Source: Diplonema japonicum (taxonomy: Eukaryota > Protista > Euglenozoa: Diplonemea). From it: a DNA stretch of 64,000 bases. Below, piece by piece: positions 44,521-56,000 of this stretch (within the stretch, counting starts at the first letter, position 1; every line of letters starts with the position of its first letter). Where the stretch lies: contig OZ025733.1 of NCBI GenBank assembly GCA_964019335.1, positions 62,001 through 126,000 on the forward strand, given 5' to 3'. The notes beneath the pieces were generated by a model. That model was not told where the DNA came from. It searched no databases and saw only the letters and a program-made list of their open reading frames with translations. Made by a program: the position numbers and the translations under genes.

Positions 44521-46135
44521 CATATATATTATTTTTTTTTTTTCCGATTTATTGTAAAACACACAAAAAAAAAAATCTACTCCTATCCTTGTTCAATTTG
44601 TGCGTAACTTTTTTTTTTTATTATTATTCTTCCCTGGGGGGTTCCTTCTAGGTGTTTTCCCTTCCGGGATTTCCTTTTTTTTTTTTTTTTTTTCCCCTAA
44701 GGGCGCCGCCAACACCGGCCTCCTTTGAGCTCTTATATATTTTTATTTTTATTTTTTTTTATATTTCACTCCTCTCAATTTTACATTCACTGTACCCCAA
44801 TTTTATTTCACATGTCTGTGAATTGACGTGCCGCCACGGGGCAACACGTACTTCAGTCAGTACAAATAAATGGCTTGCTGGGCTCGATCCCAGCCCGGAC
44901 TTTTTTAATGAAGTAAATTTTGAGGGGAGTAGAATATAGAAGAAAGAAAAAAAAAAAAAAAAAAAAAACCACCTTATTCACGCCAAATGAACTTTCTCTG
45001 TCTACCTCTCTTGAGATAAAAAAAAAGAATTTCACTGAAGTGACAGAAAATTTATTATTCGTTATGAATAAATAGCTATTTTTTTATTTACATTTACACC
45101 ATTTTTTTTTTTTTTTTTTTTTTTTTGAATCCTGTGTCCAGAAAAAAAAAAGAAAGAAAAAAAAAAAAACGGAAGACGCTACAAGGGATTCTAGTTGGGG
45201 TAGGCAGGTACTTTTTTTTCTTCTTCTTTTTTTTTTTTTTTTTTTTTTTTTTTCCCTCTCACTCCTTTTTTCGTTACCATCCCAACAAAAAAAAAAAAAA
45301 AAAAATCACCATTATATTTACTGTAAAACAAAAACTCCCGGACACCAAAAAAAAAAAACCCGGTTTTTCCATCCCACCACGTTTGCTTGGAAGGGCTTTA
45401 TTCCTTGTGCAGACTCGTATGCAGAGCCAAAATGTTTACCCTGCGTGGCAGTTTGAATTTTTTTTTTTTTTTTTTTTTTTTTCAATCTCATAAACCTGTA
45501 CTTCTTTCATCAAATGACCAGTTCGACTACCCAAGGCACGTTGAGCAGCTGGCTTGTGAGGCACCTCCTTACCCCGCCAGAACCCCCGAAAGCAGCTCCA
45601 GCTGCAGAGGGATGCTAAACGAGATACGCTCCACGGCGTCGCGCCGTTGGGGGTTAAAAAACCAATACGAAAAAAGCTGGCTGTTTCCTTGGCTGGGGAT
45701 ACAAAGGCAAAACGGAACCTGCAACGCAGGGATTATCCGGGTCCTTTCCCCGGGTCAAGCACCCGCCCACCGAATGGAGCCGGCATCGCCCAATCATTGG
45801 GCTCACTACGGAGCTGTTTCTTCCTTTTTGCTGGTTTTGCTCTGCTGCTTGTCGGCGTCAACAACTCTCAATGGGTTCGTAGGTGTCCGGAGGCACAAAC
45901 ATGCACATTGCTTTTGTCCCCCCTGGGCTCAACGCAGCTGTAAAGCATGTATTAGGAAAAGTTATAAAAAGTGGGCGAGGTGCCCTCTCCTAGCTTGATT
46001 AAAGAGTTTCTTCGCGCGGTGACCGTTTGCAGCCCAGGCTAGTTTTTTTTTTTTTTCGTTTTACAGTATTCTCTTTCCCCTCCTCTTCACACAGACGCCC
46101 CACTATGCCTTGACTGGGGGTACACCCATCTTTGA

Positions 46136-47437
46136 ATGGTGAACTCTACACACGGTAATACGAAAAAGATAGATGTGAGGGTCTCCAGCGACAATGGGTT
46201 TGGAGAGGTGGTAGTACCTGTCGTGGTGGGCGGAACTATGAACGACGTTATCAACGCGTACGCAGCCGAGAAGGGGATATCGGCAGACAGTTTACAGGTC
46301 AGGCTCAAATCAACGGGGAAACTGGTGAAAAAAGACCGGGAAATCAATAAAGCAATCCGAGGAGGCCTCCGCGCAAAAGTCCACGGCCTGCCCGCACTGA
46401 GATGCTTGTTCGATTTGTATGACAACCGCACAAGGGCGCCCGGTCCAAATGTCCGTCCGGAAGCGGGCACAAAAGTGAAGAAAATCGTAATCGGAAACGT
46501 TTTGATCGACGTCTGGAACCCCTCTCCTTACCCGAGATTCATCGTACCGCTGCTCACAAATGGTGTTTTGTTCATATGCGATATTTGTTTAAGATATTCC
46601 CCTGTAAAATCATGGATGGAGGAACATCAAAAATCATATGGTGGCTGTGCGCAAGGGGTATCTCCTCCGGGAGAACAAGTATTTCTTTCCGGGTCAAAGG
46701 ACATCTCCGTGTGGAGAGTTGATGGTGGTGTTTCTTATGACACTCTTCTCGAAAACAACGGTCTTCCGTCGGACCGTCTCGGCGACCTGCATTCCCTGCG
46801 AAAAAACAATTCTCAAGAGATTTTCTGCCAGAACGTTGCGCTCCTCGCAAGGTTTTTTCTCAAAGGGAAAACTGCGTTCTACGGCACCGGGGCCTTTCTG
46901 TACTACGCGCTCACTGAGCTTGTAGACGGTGCGTGGAGGTTCAGGGGGTACTATTCCGTTGAAAAGGGCACCACAAACCACAACAGTTTAGCTTGCATCA
47001 TGGTGCTCCCACCATGGCAGGACAGAGGGTACGGGAGGCTCTTGATACATTTATCATACGAACTGTGCAGGCCTGCTGATGGTTCTATGTCGGAAAAGAG
47101 CCCGGAACGACCTTTATCTGAATTAGGAATGTGTACTTTTCTGTCTTATTGGAAGGGTGCTGTGCTTGATGCTCTGTCGGGTATGGTAGCAAGCGGGGAC
47201 TGGAACGCCCCTTCTGACAGGAAGGGGAAGGAGATCGACCATATAGTCCGCCAGACGGTTGTTAAGAAGCGGGATGTTCTTAAGGCGTTGCACGCGCTTA
47301 ATCTTCTCGCCAAACCGGGTAACTTGTCCGCTCCGGAGATCTTGTGGGACGCAGCGCGGAATGTTGCTCCTGTCGCTCGCCACGAGCTGCAGCACTTTGA
47401 AGGGTGCGTCTTCAACCAGCAGCGGTGGCAGGGGTGA
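46136..47437 (+). CDS. MYST-family histone acetyltransferase
   Basis: W.PSPYP, FICDICLRY...H...C zinc finger, FCQNVALLARFFL..KT, GYYS.EK, LACIMVLPPWQDRGYGRLLI.LSYEL, SPERPLSELG. Confidence 0.92.
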   Translation: MVNSTHGNTKKIDVRVSSDNGFGEVVVPVVVGGTMNDVINAYAAEKGISADSLQVRLKSTGKLVKKDREINKAIRGGLRAKVHGLPALRCLFDLYDNRTRAPGPNVRPEAGTKVKKIVIGNVLIDVWNPSPYPRFIVPLLTNGVLFICDICLRYSPVKSWMEEHQKSYGGCAQGVSPPGEQVFLSGSKDISVWRVDGGVSYDTLLENNGLPSDRLGDLHSLRKNNSQEIFCQNVALLARFFLKGKTAFYGTGAFLYYALTELVDGAWRFRGYYSVEKGTTNHNSLACIMVLPPWQDRGYGRLLIHLSYELCRPADGSMSEKSPERPLSELGMCTFLSYWKGAVLDALSGMVASGDWNAPSDRKGKEIDHIVRQTVVKKRDVLKALHALNLLAKPGNLSAPEILWDAARNVAPVARHELQHFEGCVFNQQRWQG

Positions 47438-47597
47438 TATTTTTTTTTTTTCTTCTTATAGTGTTTTTAGCTCATCACGTCATGTTGTTAAGTTTTATAC
47501 ATACCCTCCTTTTTTTTTTGTTGGTTTTTTTTTTTTTACCAGGTTACCATTGTTATCACAGATAACCTTAAGAAAAAAAAAAAAAAAAGAGAAAACA

Positions 47598-48080
47598 ATG
47601 CCCTCGCAGAAGAAGAGCCCGAAGAAGAGGGGATCGAAGAAGGGAGGGAAGCATGTGTCGAGGTCGTCGAAGGCTGGGCTGACCTTCCCTGTGGGGAGGG
47701 TGGGGAGCAGCCTGAAGAAGGGACGGTTCGCGAGGAGGGTGAGCGCGCCTGCCGCTGTCTTCCTGACGGCTGTGATGGAGTACTGCACGTCTGAGCTGCT
47801 GACGCTGTCTGCGAGGTGCGCCCTCAAAACCTCGAAGAGCGAGGATGTTGAGGACAAGCAGCAGAACATCAAGCCCCGCCACATCTGCCTTGCAGTGAGG
47901 CAGGACGAGGACCTTAGCCAGCTCCTGTCGCAGGTCACCATCTCGGGCGGCGGTGTGATGAAGCACGTCCACAAGGCCGTGCTCAAGAAGAAGAAGGACT
48001 CCGTTCCCTCCGACGACACCAAGAAGGACAAGAAGAGCAAAAAGGACAAGAAGGACAAGAAGAAGAAGAAGAGCGAATAG
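47598..48080 (+). CDS. H2A: Histone H2A variant (copy 2, 160 aa)
   Basis: Same protein as copy 1 minus one DKK unit. Confidence 0.93.
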   Translation: MPSQKKSPKKRGSKKGGKHVSRSSKAGLTFPVGRVGSSLKKGRFARRVSAPAAVFLTAVMEYCTSELLTLSARCALKTSKSEDVEDKQQNIKPRHICLAVRQDEDLSQLLSQVTISGGGVMKHVHKAVLKKKKDSVPSDDTKKDKKSKKDKKDKKKKKSE

Positions 48081-48297
48081 ACTCCTTCTTTTTTCTTTTC
48101 CCCTCGTCTCTTTATGTTCCCCCCCCCCCTTTTTTTTGTTACTCTTTTTTTTCTTCTTTTCTGTTTTCCTCCCTGTTCCCACCCCATGAATATGGGGTGT
48201 GGTGTCATTAAGCACCGAAAGTAGTTATTGTACCTTTGTATTGTTAATGCAAAAAGACACACCCCAAGATCGACACAACAAAAAAAAAAAGAAGACA

Positions 48298-51200
48298 ATG
48301 GGGAAGAAATCCGGCGAGAACATCAGAGTGGTGATCAGGAAGCGCCCTATGCTCGGAGCTGAGAAGCAGAACTGCAAAGAAGCAGTCCACCTTGACCTCG
48401 CCTTAGGGAGAGTAGCAGTACAGAACGTGTTGGGGGACTCCGACAGCACAACTTGGACCTTTGACGCTGTGTATGATGAGTCTGTTGATCAGGTCCACAT
48501 ATTCAAAATGGAGGTGCTGCCCCTGGTGCAGTCTGTCCTTGATGGATACAACGCAACAGTCTTCGCCTACGGGCAGTCGGGTTCAGGCAAGACACACACC
48601 ATGACAGGTACCAAGGAGAATCCTAACCCCAATAGCTTGATGCCTCTTGCGCTTCACAACATCTTCCAAGGCGTCGGGGAGCTCGACTCTCCTCAGAAAA
48701 CCTACCGCATCAAGGTCCAGTACATAGAGATCTACAATGGTGGGGTGCGCGACCTTCTCGTTGAGCAGCACCGCAAGAAGCCACGCTTGCTAGAGACTAT
48801 GAACTTCAACGTTGTCGGTGCTCTGAACCCAGAGGTGGCCAACCCTGCAGACTGCATGAAGCTCTTCCATGAAGGGACGGAAAGGCGTGTCACAGCATCG
48901 ACAGGGCTGAACGAGCACAGCAGTCGGTCACACGCAATCTTCACACTGACCGTGATCTCGACCGACCACGAAACGGGGACGCCGGTCATCATGCAGTCGA
49001 AGCTGAACCTGTGCGACTTGGCAGGGTCCGAGAAGCAGTCGAAAACAAACACCAGCGGGGAGGAACTGCGGCAAGGGTGCGAAATCAACAAATCTTTGGC
49101 GGTGCTCGGGATAGTGATCGACAAGCTCGTGAAGGGCAACGGGCACGTGCCGTACCGTTCGTCGCCGCTGACGATGCTTCTCAAAGACTCGCTCGGGGGG
49201 AACAGCAAAACGGTGATGTTTGCGAACATCGGCCCAGCGGACATCAACACGGCGGAGACGATCTCGACGTTGCGGTTCGCTGACCGGGCAAAGCAGATTG
49301 AGAACAAACCGGTGAAGAACCTTGACCCGAAGGACCAGCACATCGCAGACTTGAAGGCGCAGGTGGAGGATCTGAAGAAGCGGCTGGCCCGCGGGGGTGG
49401 GGGCAACATGGAAGCCGAGGACAAGATGCGGGAGCAGATCGAGAACCTGGAGCTGGAGAGGGACCAGGACAAGCAGTCGTGGGAACGCGACAAGCTGGAG
49501 CTTGAGGGGGACCTCAGCGAGATTAAGGCTCGGAACCAGACGCTGATCGAGACGGTGGAGAAGTCGCAGCTGGAGGTGCAGTCCGCGATCGACCAGAAGA
49601 AGATCGAAGAGAACCTGGTGGTGGGGCTGAAGGACGAGCTCGCGGACATGAAGCGGATGGTGATGGACTTCATCCAGCGCATCCTGCCGGACGAGGTGTT
49701 GCACGGGGCACTGCAACGCTTCAACAAGGAGAAGGGGGCAGGAGCGTCGGCGGACGATGACAGCGACCTGTGGGACCGGAACAAGATCTGGGGGCTGATG
49801 GAGGCCTTCCACGAGCACAGCAAGAAGAACAAGGGCGTGTCGAGCGAGGAGGCAGAGCGGGCGGTGAGCAGCGTGAAGGAGGAGCTGGAGGGAAAGCTGA
49901 AGTCGCAGGCGGACTCGCTGGAACGGGAACGGGGCTACTTCCAAGAAGAGCTGAAGAAGGAGAAGGAGCAGCGAACGGATGAGATGGAGGCACAGTCGAA
50001 GCTGAAGTCTGAGCTGCAGGCGAAGGAGCAAGAGGTGGTACGCTTGAAGGAGAAGATCACACGAGACCTGGACAAGTTCAAGCAGAAGCTGCAACAGAAG
50101 CAGAAGGACCGAGACGAGATCCAAGGGAAGCTGCAAGGGAAGGAGGAGGAACTCCAGGAGAAGGTGCGGACGCTGGAGAGGCTTGGGACGAAGCTGTCTG
50201 AGCAGGAGGGGAGTGTGGACCAGAGGCTGAAGGAGCGGACGGTGGAGCTGCGGTCGGTTCACGAGAAGGAGTTGGAAGAGGCCCGACGGACCATGGAAGG
50301 GAAGATCGAGACAGTGGAAGGGGAGAAGACCTCGCTCCTGAACAAGATGAACCAGCTGGAGATCCAGGTGAAGCAGAGTGTGCGAAAGGCATTGGTGCAA
50401 AAAGCCCAAGGAGGAACGGCTGGGGACGGGGCCGGGGAGATCGGGGAAGGTGGTGTCGGGGGCGTGAACGATGGGTTCCTGGACGAGGCGGAGCTTGAGA
50501 ACCTCGGGGACGACACGATCGACAAGGACATGTTCGAGGAGCTGCACGTTCAGGTGCGACTGCAGTGCAGGCTGCAGAGGCTGAGGCACCTGCAGCAGAA
50601 GCAGTTGGACACGCTGATCGAGCGGTACCACAAGGCAGCAGGGGACAACCGCGGGAAGATCTCGGAGGAGAAGATGTTGCAACAGGTGCAGAAGGCAGTG
50701 TCGGAGAAGGAAGGAGAGCTCGAGAATCTGCGACAGGAGTCTCAAAAAACACAAGACAAGCTCGTGAAGCGAATCAACAAAAAGCTCGCCGAGTTCCAAG
50801 AAACAGAGCAAAAGCTGCAAGAGGAGATGGGTTCTCTGGAAGAGGAGAACAAAGAGCTGACAGACATGAACGACAGGATGGGGAAACAGCACGAGCAGGC
50901 TCTGGAGACAGCGACGACTCTGAAGGCGGTTCTGGAGCAGCGGGAGGCGGAATCAGAGTCCGAGAAGCGGCGCCTGCAACGAGAAGTGCAGCAAGGGAAC
51001 GCCCAACTTGTGCAGATGGACGAGGACATGGAGGAGCTTCGGAAGGTGATCTCGAAGGGGAAGGGGACGGAACAACAGCTGAACGATGTGAAGAAGGAGT
51101 ACGAGCTGACGAGGATCAACCTCCGGGACCAGCGGGGGCAAGTGGACGCACAACGGGCACGCTTGAAGAACATGGAAGAGATGTGGGCAGAAGAAAAGGG

Positions 51201-51654
51201 ACGAAACGAGGAGCTGAGGCAGCAGCTGGAGGAGGCACGGGCCCGGGTGGAGAAGACCGAGCTGCACTACCAAGAAGTGGTGAAGGACCACGGGACAAAG
51301 ATGTCGAAGCTCCTACACGAGAAGTTGGAAGAGCAGCAACAGCACTACATGGACGAGCTCCACGAACAGCAGCTGCACGAGAAGACCATCAAGGACAAGC
51401 TGAAGAACGCAAGGAAGATCACCCAGAAGAGCAAACAGAAGTTCGACGAGATGGTCCTGGAGAACGAGAAGCTCCAGACTCAGTTCGAGGAGTTCAAGAT
51501 CTCCGCCTTCAGGTTCCACCAAGAGTCCGAGACCCTTGCTGTCGAGGACAACACAGAGAAGATCAGAGAGATGATCAGGAACCAGAACAACACCAGAAAG
51601 GAGCAGAACGATGCTTTTACAGGTACACACACTGCTGAGCATCTCACGTTCTGA
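48298..51654 (+). CDS. Kinesin with N-terminal motor and long coiled-coil stalk (paralog 1)
   Basis: ENIRVVIRKRP, FAYGQSGSGKTHTM, NEHSSRSH, DLAGSE, HVPYRSSPLT.LL.DSLGGNSKT. Confidence 0.95.
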   Translation: MGKKSGENIRVVIRKRPMLGAEKQNCKEAVHLDLALGRVAVQNVLGDSDSTTWTFDAVYDESVDQVHIFKMEVLPLVQSVLDGYNATVFAYGQSGSGKTHTMTGTKENPNPNSLMPLALHNIFQGVGELDSPQKTYRIKVQYIEIYNGGVRDLLVEQHRKKPRLLETMNFNVVGALNPEVANPADCMKLFHEGTERRVTASTGLNEHSSRSHAIFTLTVISTDHETGTPVIMQSKLNLCDLAGSEKQSKTNTSGEELRQGCEINKSLAVLGIVIDKLVKGNGHVPYRSSPLTMLLKDSLGGNSKTVMFANIGPADINTAETISTLRFADRAKQIENKPVKNLDPKDQHIADLKAQVEDLKKRLARGGGGNMEAEDKMREQIENLELERDQDKQSWERDKLELEGDLSEIKARNQTLIETVEKSQLEVQSAIDQKKIEENLVVGLKDELADMKRMVMDFIQRILPDEVLHGALQRFNKEKGAGASADDDSDLWDRNKIWGLMEAFHEHSKKNKGVSSEEAERAVSSVKEELEGKLKSQADSLERERGYFQEELKKEKEQRTDEMEAQSKLKSELQAKEQEVVRLKEKITRDLDKFKQKLQQKQKDRDEIQGKLQGKEEELQEKVRTLERLGTKLSEQEGSVDQRLKERTVELRSVHEKELEEARRTMEGKIETVEGEKTSLLNKMNQLEIQVKQSVRKALVQKAQGGTAGDGAGEIGEGGVGGVNDGFLDEAELENLGDDTIDKDMFEELHVQVRLQCRLQRLRHLQQKQLDTLIERYHKAAGDNRGKISEEKMLQQVQKAVSEKEGELENLRQESQKTQDKLVKRINKKLAEFQETEQKLQEEMGSLEEENKELTDMNDRMGKQHEQALETATTLKAVLEQREAESESEKRRLQREVQQGNAQLVQMDEDMEELRKVISKGKGTEQQLNDVKKEYELTRINLRDQRGQVDAQRARLKNMEEMWAEEKGRNEELRQQLEEARARVEKTELHYQEVVKDHGTKMSKLLHEKLEEQQQHYMDELHEQQLHEKTIKDKLKNARKITQKSKQKFDEMVLENEKLQTQFEEFKISAFRFHQESETLAVEDNTEKIREMIRNQNNTRKEQNDAFTGTHTAEHLTF

Positions 51655-52454
51655 AAACCCCTACTTTTGTTGCCTCCAAAACATGGGGAGAGAAAGGTAA
51701 GGTTCTGCCACGCTCCCCTAAGAAAGAAAGTAACTGGAGTCTGTGTCCTTGTTGGATAAGTTACTGTGCACAACTAACAATCAATCGACTCCTTTTCAAA
51801 CTGCTACCACCGGCTGCAAAGCCGTCTTTGTTCACCATCATAACTCGCTGCTCCGAGTTCATTTGGGCGAGGTTTCACAGTTTTAGGTTTTTTTCCCCTA
51901 GCCTTCTCAAAGATGAATCTTCATTTGTCTTTTTCTTTCTTTCTTTTTCTTTTTTTTTTTTTTTCCCCACAATAGACCTACACTCCCCCCTTACTTATAT
52001 AACCTGTATTCTTAACGAATCATGGGAAAAACTGGCCATTTCTCTTCCCCCCTCCCTTTCTTTTAACATCTAACTCATAAACACATAATACATGTAACCA
52101 TCAGGAAAATAATAATCGTGAATAATACCCCCCGATTAAAAGCGCTTATTTCCTTGAGAGGCCTGTTTCGTGTGTACAAAATGGAGCACCGAACTAGTTT
52201 TTTTTATTTGGCCAAAAAAAAAAAAAAAAAAAAAAAAAAATACTGATCCGTGATTTATCCGATCTATCTACTCGCTTCTTGGAACTGTCTTTCATGACTG
52301 ACTGTGGGGGGGTGGTATTACGCATTTCCGGAAAAGGTTACATGTATGCCTAGCTCCTTTTTCACTGTTCTTTTTTCCTTGCTATTCATTGTGTCTTCTG
52401 CTCTATACATCATCATCCTCCACACAGATTCCCAACAACACCAGCACATAAACA

Positions 52455-52937
52455 ATGCCCTCGCAGAAGAAGAGCCCGAAGAAGAGGGGATCGAAGAAGG
52501 GAGGGAAGCATGTGTCGAGGTCGTCGAAGGCTGGGCTGACCTTCCCTGTGGGGAGGGTGGGGAGCAGCCTGAAGAAGGGACGGTTCGCGAGGAGGGTGAG
52601 CGCGCCTGCCGCTGTCTTCCTGACGGCTGTGATGGAGTACTGCACGTCTGAGCTGCTGACGCTGTCTGCGAGGTGCGCCCTCAAAACCTCGAAGAGCGAG
52701 GATGTTGAGGACAAGCAGCAGAACATCAAGCCCCGCCACATCTGCCTTGCAGTGAGGCAGGACGAGGACCTTAGCCAGCTCCTGTCGCAGGTCACCATCT
52801 CGGGCGGCGGTGTGATGAAGCACGTCCACAAGGCCGTGCTCAAGAAGAAGAAGGACTCCGTTCCCTCCGACGACACCAAGAAGGACAAGAAGAGCAAAAA
52901 GGACAAGAAGGACAAGAAGAAGAAGAAGAGCGAATAG
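52455..52937 (+). CDS. H2A: Histone H2A variant (copy 3, 160 aa)
   Basis: Protein identical to copy 2. Confidence 0.93.
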   Translation: MPSQKKSPKKRGSKKGGKHVSRSSKAGLTFPVGRVGSSLKKGRFARRVSAPAAVFLTAVMEYCTSELLTLSARCALKTSKSEDVEDKQQNIKPRHICLAVRQDEDLSQLLSQVTISGGGVMKHVHKAVLKKKKDSVPSDDTKKDKKSKKDKKDKKKKKSE

Positions 52938-53099
52938 ACTCTTTTCTCCCCCCCTCCTTAGTCTTCTTATTTTCCCTCCCTGTTCCCACCCCATGCATAT
53001 GGGGCGGTGGTGCTATTGAGCACCGTAGTTTTTCTTTTTGTGATAGGCTGTACTGAAACACGCAACACAAACACGCAGGGTACAGGGGTTACAGCAAAA

Positions 53100-56000
53100 A
53101 TGGGGAAGAAGGCATCGGGTGCCAGTGAGAACATCAGGGTGGTGATCAGGAAGCGCCCTATGCTCGGAGCTGAGAAGCAGAACTGCAAAGAGACAGTACA
53201 CCTGGACCTTGCAATGGGGAGCGTAGCCGTGCACCATGCTGTGGGCGACCCTGATAGGTGGACCTTCGATGCTGTTTACGACAACACGTTTGACCAGATA
53301 CAAGTTTATAAAGGAGAGGTGCTGCCCCTGGTGCAGTCTGTCCTTGATGGATACAACGCAACAGTCTTCGCCTACGGACAGTCGGGCTCAGGCAAGACAC
53401 ACACCATGACAGGGAACACTGAGAAACCCGACGGCATGATGCCCCACGCTCTGAACGGTATCTTCGCTGGTATCAAGAACCTCGAGTCCCCCCAAAAAAG
53501 CTACCGCATCAAGGTCCAGTACCTCGAGCTCTACAACGGCAAAGCACGTGACCTCATCGCCAATGGGAAGCCGCAGACCTTAGAGATCAAGAATTTCCAT
53601 GTCGTCGGCACGGAGAACCCAGAGGTGGCCAACCCTGCAGACTGCATGAAGCTCTTCCATGAAGGGACGGCCAAGCGTGTCACAGCATCGACAGGGCTGA
53701 ACGAGCACAGCAGTCGGTCACACGCAATCTTCACACTGACCGTGATCTCGACCGACCACGAAGCAGACGCAGGTACACCGGTCATCATGCAGTCGAAGCT
53801 GAACCTGTGCGACTTGGCAGGGTCCGAGCGGCAGTCGAAAACAAACACCAGCGGGGAGGAACTGCGGCAAGGGTGCAACATCAACCTGTCCCTATCGGCG
53901 CTCGGGACGGTGATCGACAAGCTCGTGAAGGGCAACGGGCACGTGCCGTACCGTTCGTCGCCGCTGACGATGCTTCTCAAAGACTCGCTCGGGGGGAACA
54001 GCAAAACGGTGATGTTTGCGAACATCGGCCCAGCGGACATCAACACGGCGGAGACGATCTCGACGTTGCGGTTCGCTGACCGGGCAAAGCAGATTGAGAA
54101 CAAACCGGTGAAGAACCTTGACCCGAAGGACCAGCACATCGCAGACTTGAAGGCGCAGGTGGAGGATCTGAAGAAGCGGCTGGCCCGCGGGGGTGGGGGC
54201 AACATGGAAGCCGAGGACAAGATGCGGGAGCAGATCGAGAACCTGGAGCTGGAGAGGGACCAGGACAAGCAGTCGTGGGAACGCGACAAGCTGGAGCTTG
54301 AGGGGGACCTCAGCGAGATTAAGGCTCGGAACCAGACGCTGATCGAGACGGTGGAGAAGTCGCAGCTGGAGGTGCAGTCCGCGATCGACCAGAAGAAGAT
54401 CGAAGAGAACCTGGTGGTGGGGCTGAAGGACGAGCTCGCGGACATGAAGCGGATGGTGATGGACTTCATCCAGCGCATCCTGCCGGACGAGGTGTTGCAC
54501 GGGGCACTGCAACGCTTCAACAAGGAGAAGGGGGCAGGAGCGTCGGCGGACGATGACAGCGACCTGTGGGACCGGAACAAGATCTGGGGGCTGATGGAGG
54601 CCTTCCACGAGCACAGCAAGAAGAACAAGGGCGTGTCGAGCGAGGAGGCAGAGCGGGCGGTGAGCAGCGTGAAGGAGGAGCTGGAGGGAAAGCTGAAGTC
54701 GCAGGCGGACTCGCTGGAACGGGAACGGGGCTACTTCCAAGAAGAGCTGAAGAAGGAGAAGGAGCAGCGAACGGATGAGATGGAGGCACAGTCGAAGCTG
54801 AAGTCTGAGCTGCAGGCGAAGGAGCAAGAGGTGGTACGCTTGAAGGAGAAGATCACACGAGACCTGGACAAGTTCAAGCAGAAGCTGCAACAGAAGCAGA
54901 AGGACCGAGACGAGATCCAAGGGAAGCTGCAAGGGAAGGAGGAGGAACTCCAGGAGAAGGTGCGGACGCTGGAGAGGCTTGGGACGAAGCTGTCTGAGCA
55001 GGAGGGGAGTGTGGACCAGAGGCTGAAGGAGCGGACGGTGGAGCTGCGGTCGGTTCACGAGAAGGAGTTGGAAGAGGCCCGACGGACCATGGAAGGGAAG
55101 ATCGAGACAGTGGAAGGGGAGAAGACCTCGCTCCTGAACAAGATGAACCAGCTGGAGATCCAGGTGAAGCAGAGTGTGCGAAAGGCATTGGTGCAAAAAG
55201 CCCAAGGAGGAACGGCTGGGGACGGGGCCGGGGAGATCGGGGAAGGTGGTGTCGGGGGCGTGAACGATGGGTTCCTGGACGAGGCGGAGCTTGAGAACCT
55301 CGGGGACGACACGATCGACAAGGACATGTTCGAGGAGCTGCACGTTCAGGTGCGACTGCAGTGCAGGCTGCAGAGGCTGAGGCACCTGCAGCAGAAGCAG
55401 TTGGACACGCTGATCGAGCGGTACCACAAGGCAGCAGGGGACAACCGCGGGAAGATCTCGGAGGAGAAGATGTTGCAACAGGTGCAGAAGGCAGTGTCGG
55501 AGAAGGAAGGAGAGCTCGAGAATCTGCGACAGGAGTCTCAAAAAACACAAGACAAGCTCGTGAAGCGAATCAACAAAAAGCTCGCCGAGTTCCAAGAAAC
55601 AGAGCAAAAGCTGCAAGAGGAGATGGGTTCTCTGGAAGAGGAGAACAAAGAGCTGACAGACATGAACGACAGGATGGGGAAACAGCACGAGCAGGCTCTG
55701 GAGACAGCGACGACTCTGAAGGCGGTTCTGGAGCAGCGGGAGGCGGAATCAGAGTCCGAGAAGCGGCGCCTGCAACGAGAAGTGCAGCAAGGGAACGCCC
55801 AACTTGTGCAGATGGACGAGGACATGGAGGAGCTTCGGAAGGTGATCTCGAAGGGGAAGGGGACGGAACAACAGCTGAACGATGTGAAGAAGGAGTACGA
55901 GCTGACGAGGATCAACCTCCGGGACCAGCGGGGGCAAGTGGACGCACAACGGGCACGCTTGAAGAACATGGAAGAGATGTGGGCAGAAGAAAAGGGACGA

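Noticed and set aside
45387-45998. ORF with Cys cluster (CFC...CKAC...RCPL), possible RING remnant
   Set aside because: Begins in homopolymer sequence, ligand spacing is incomplete, and there is no convincing start.
48928-55688. Long antisense ORFs (654 aa, 598 aa) and similar ones opposite the coiled-coil, RICTOR and H2A genes
   Set aside because: Shadow frames of GC3-rich, E/K/Q-rich sense genes.
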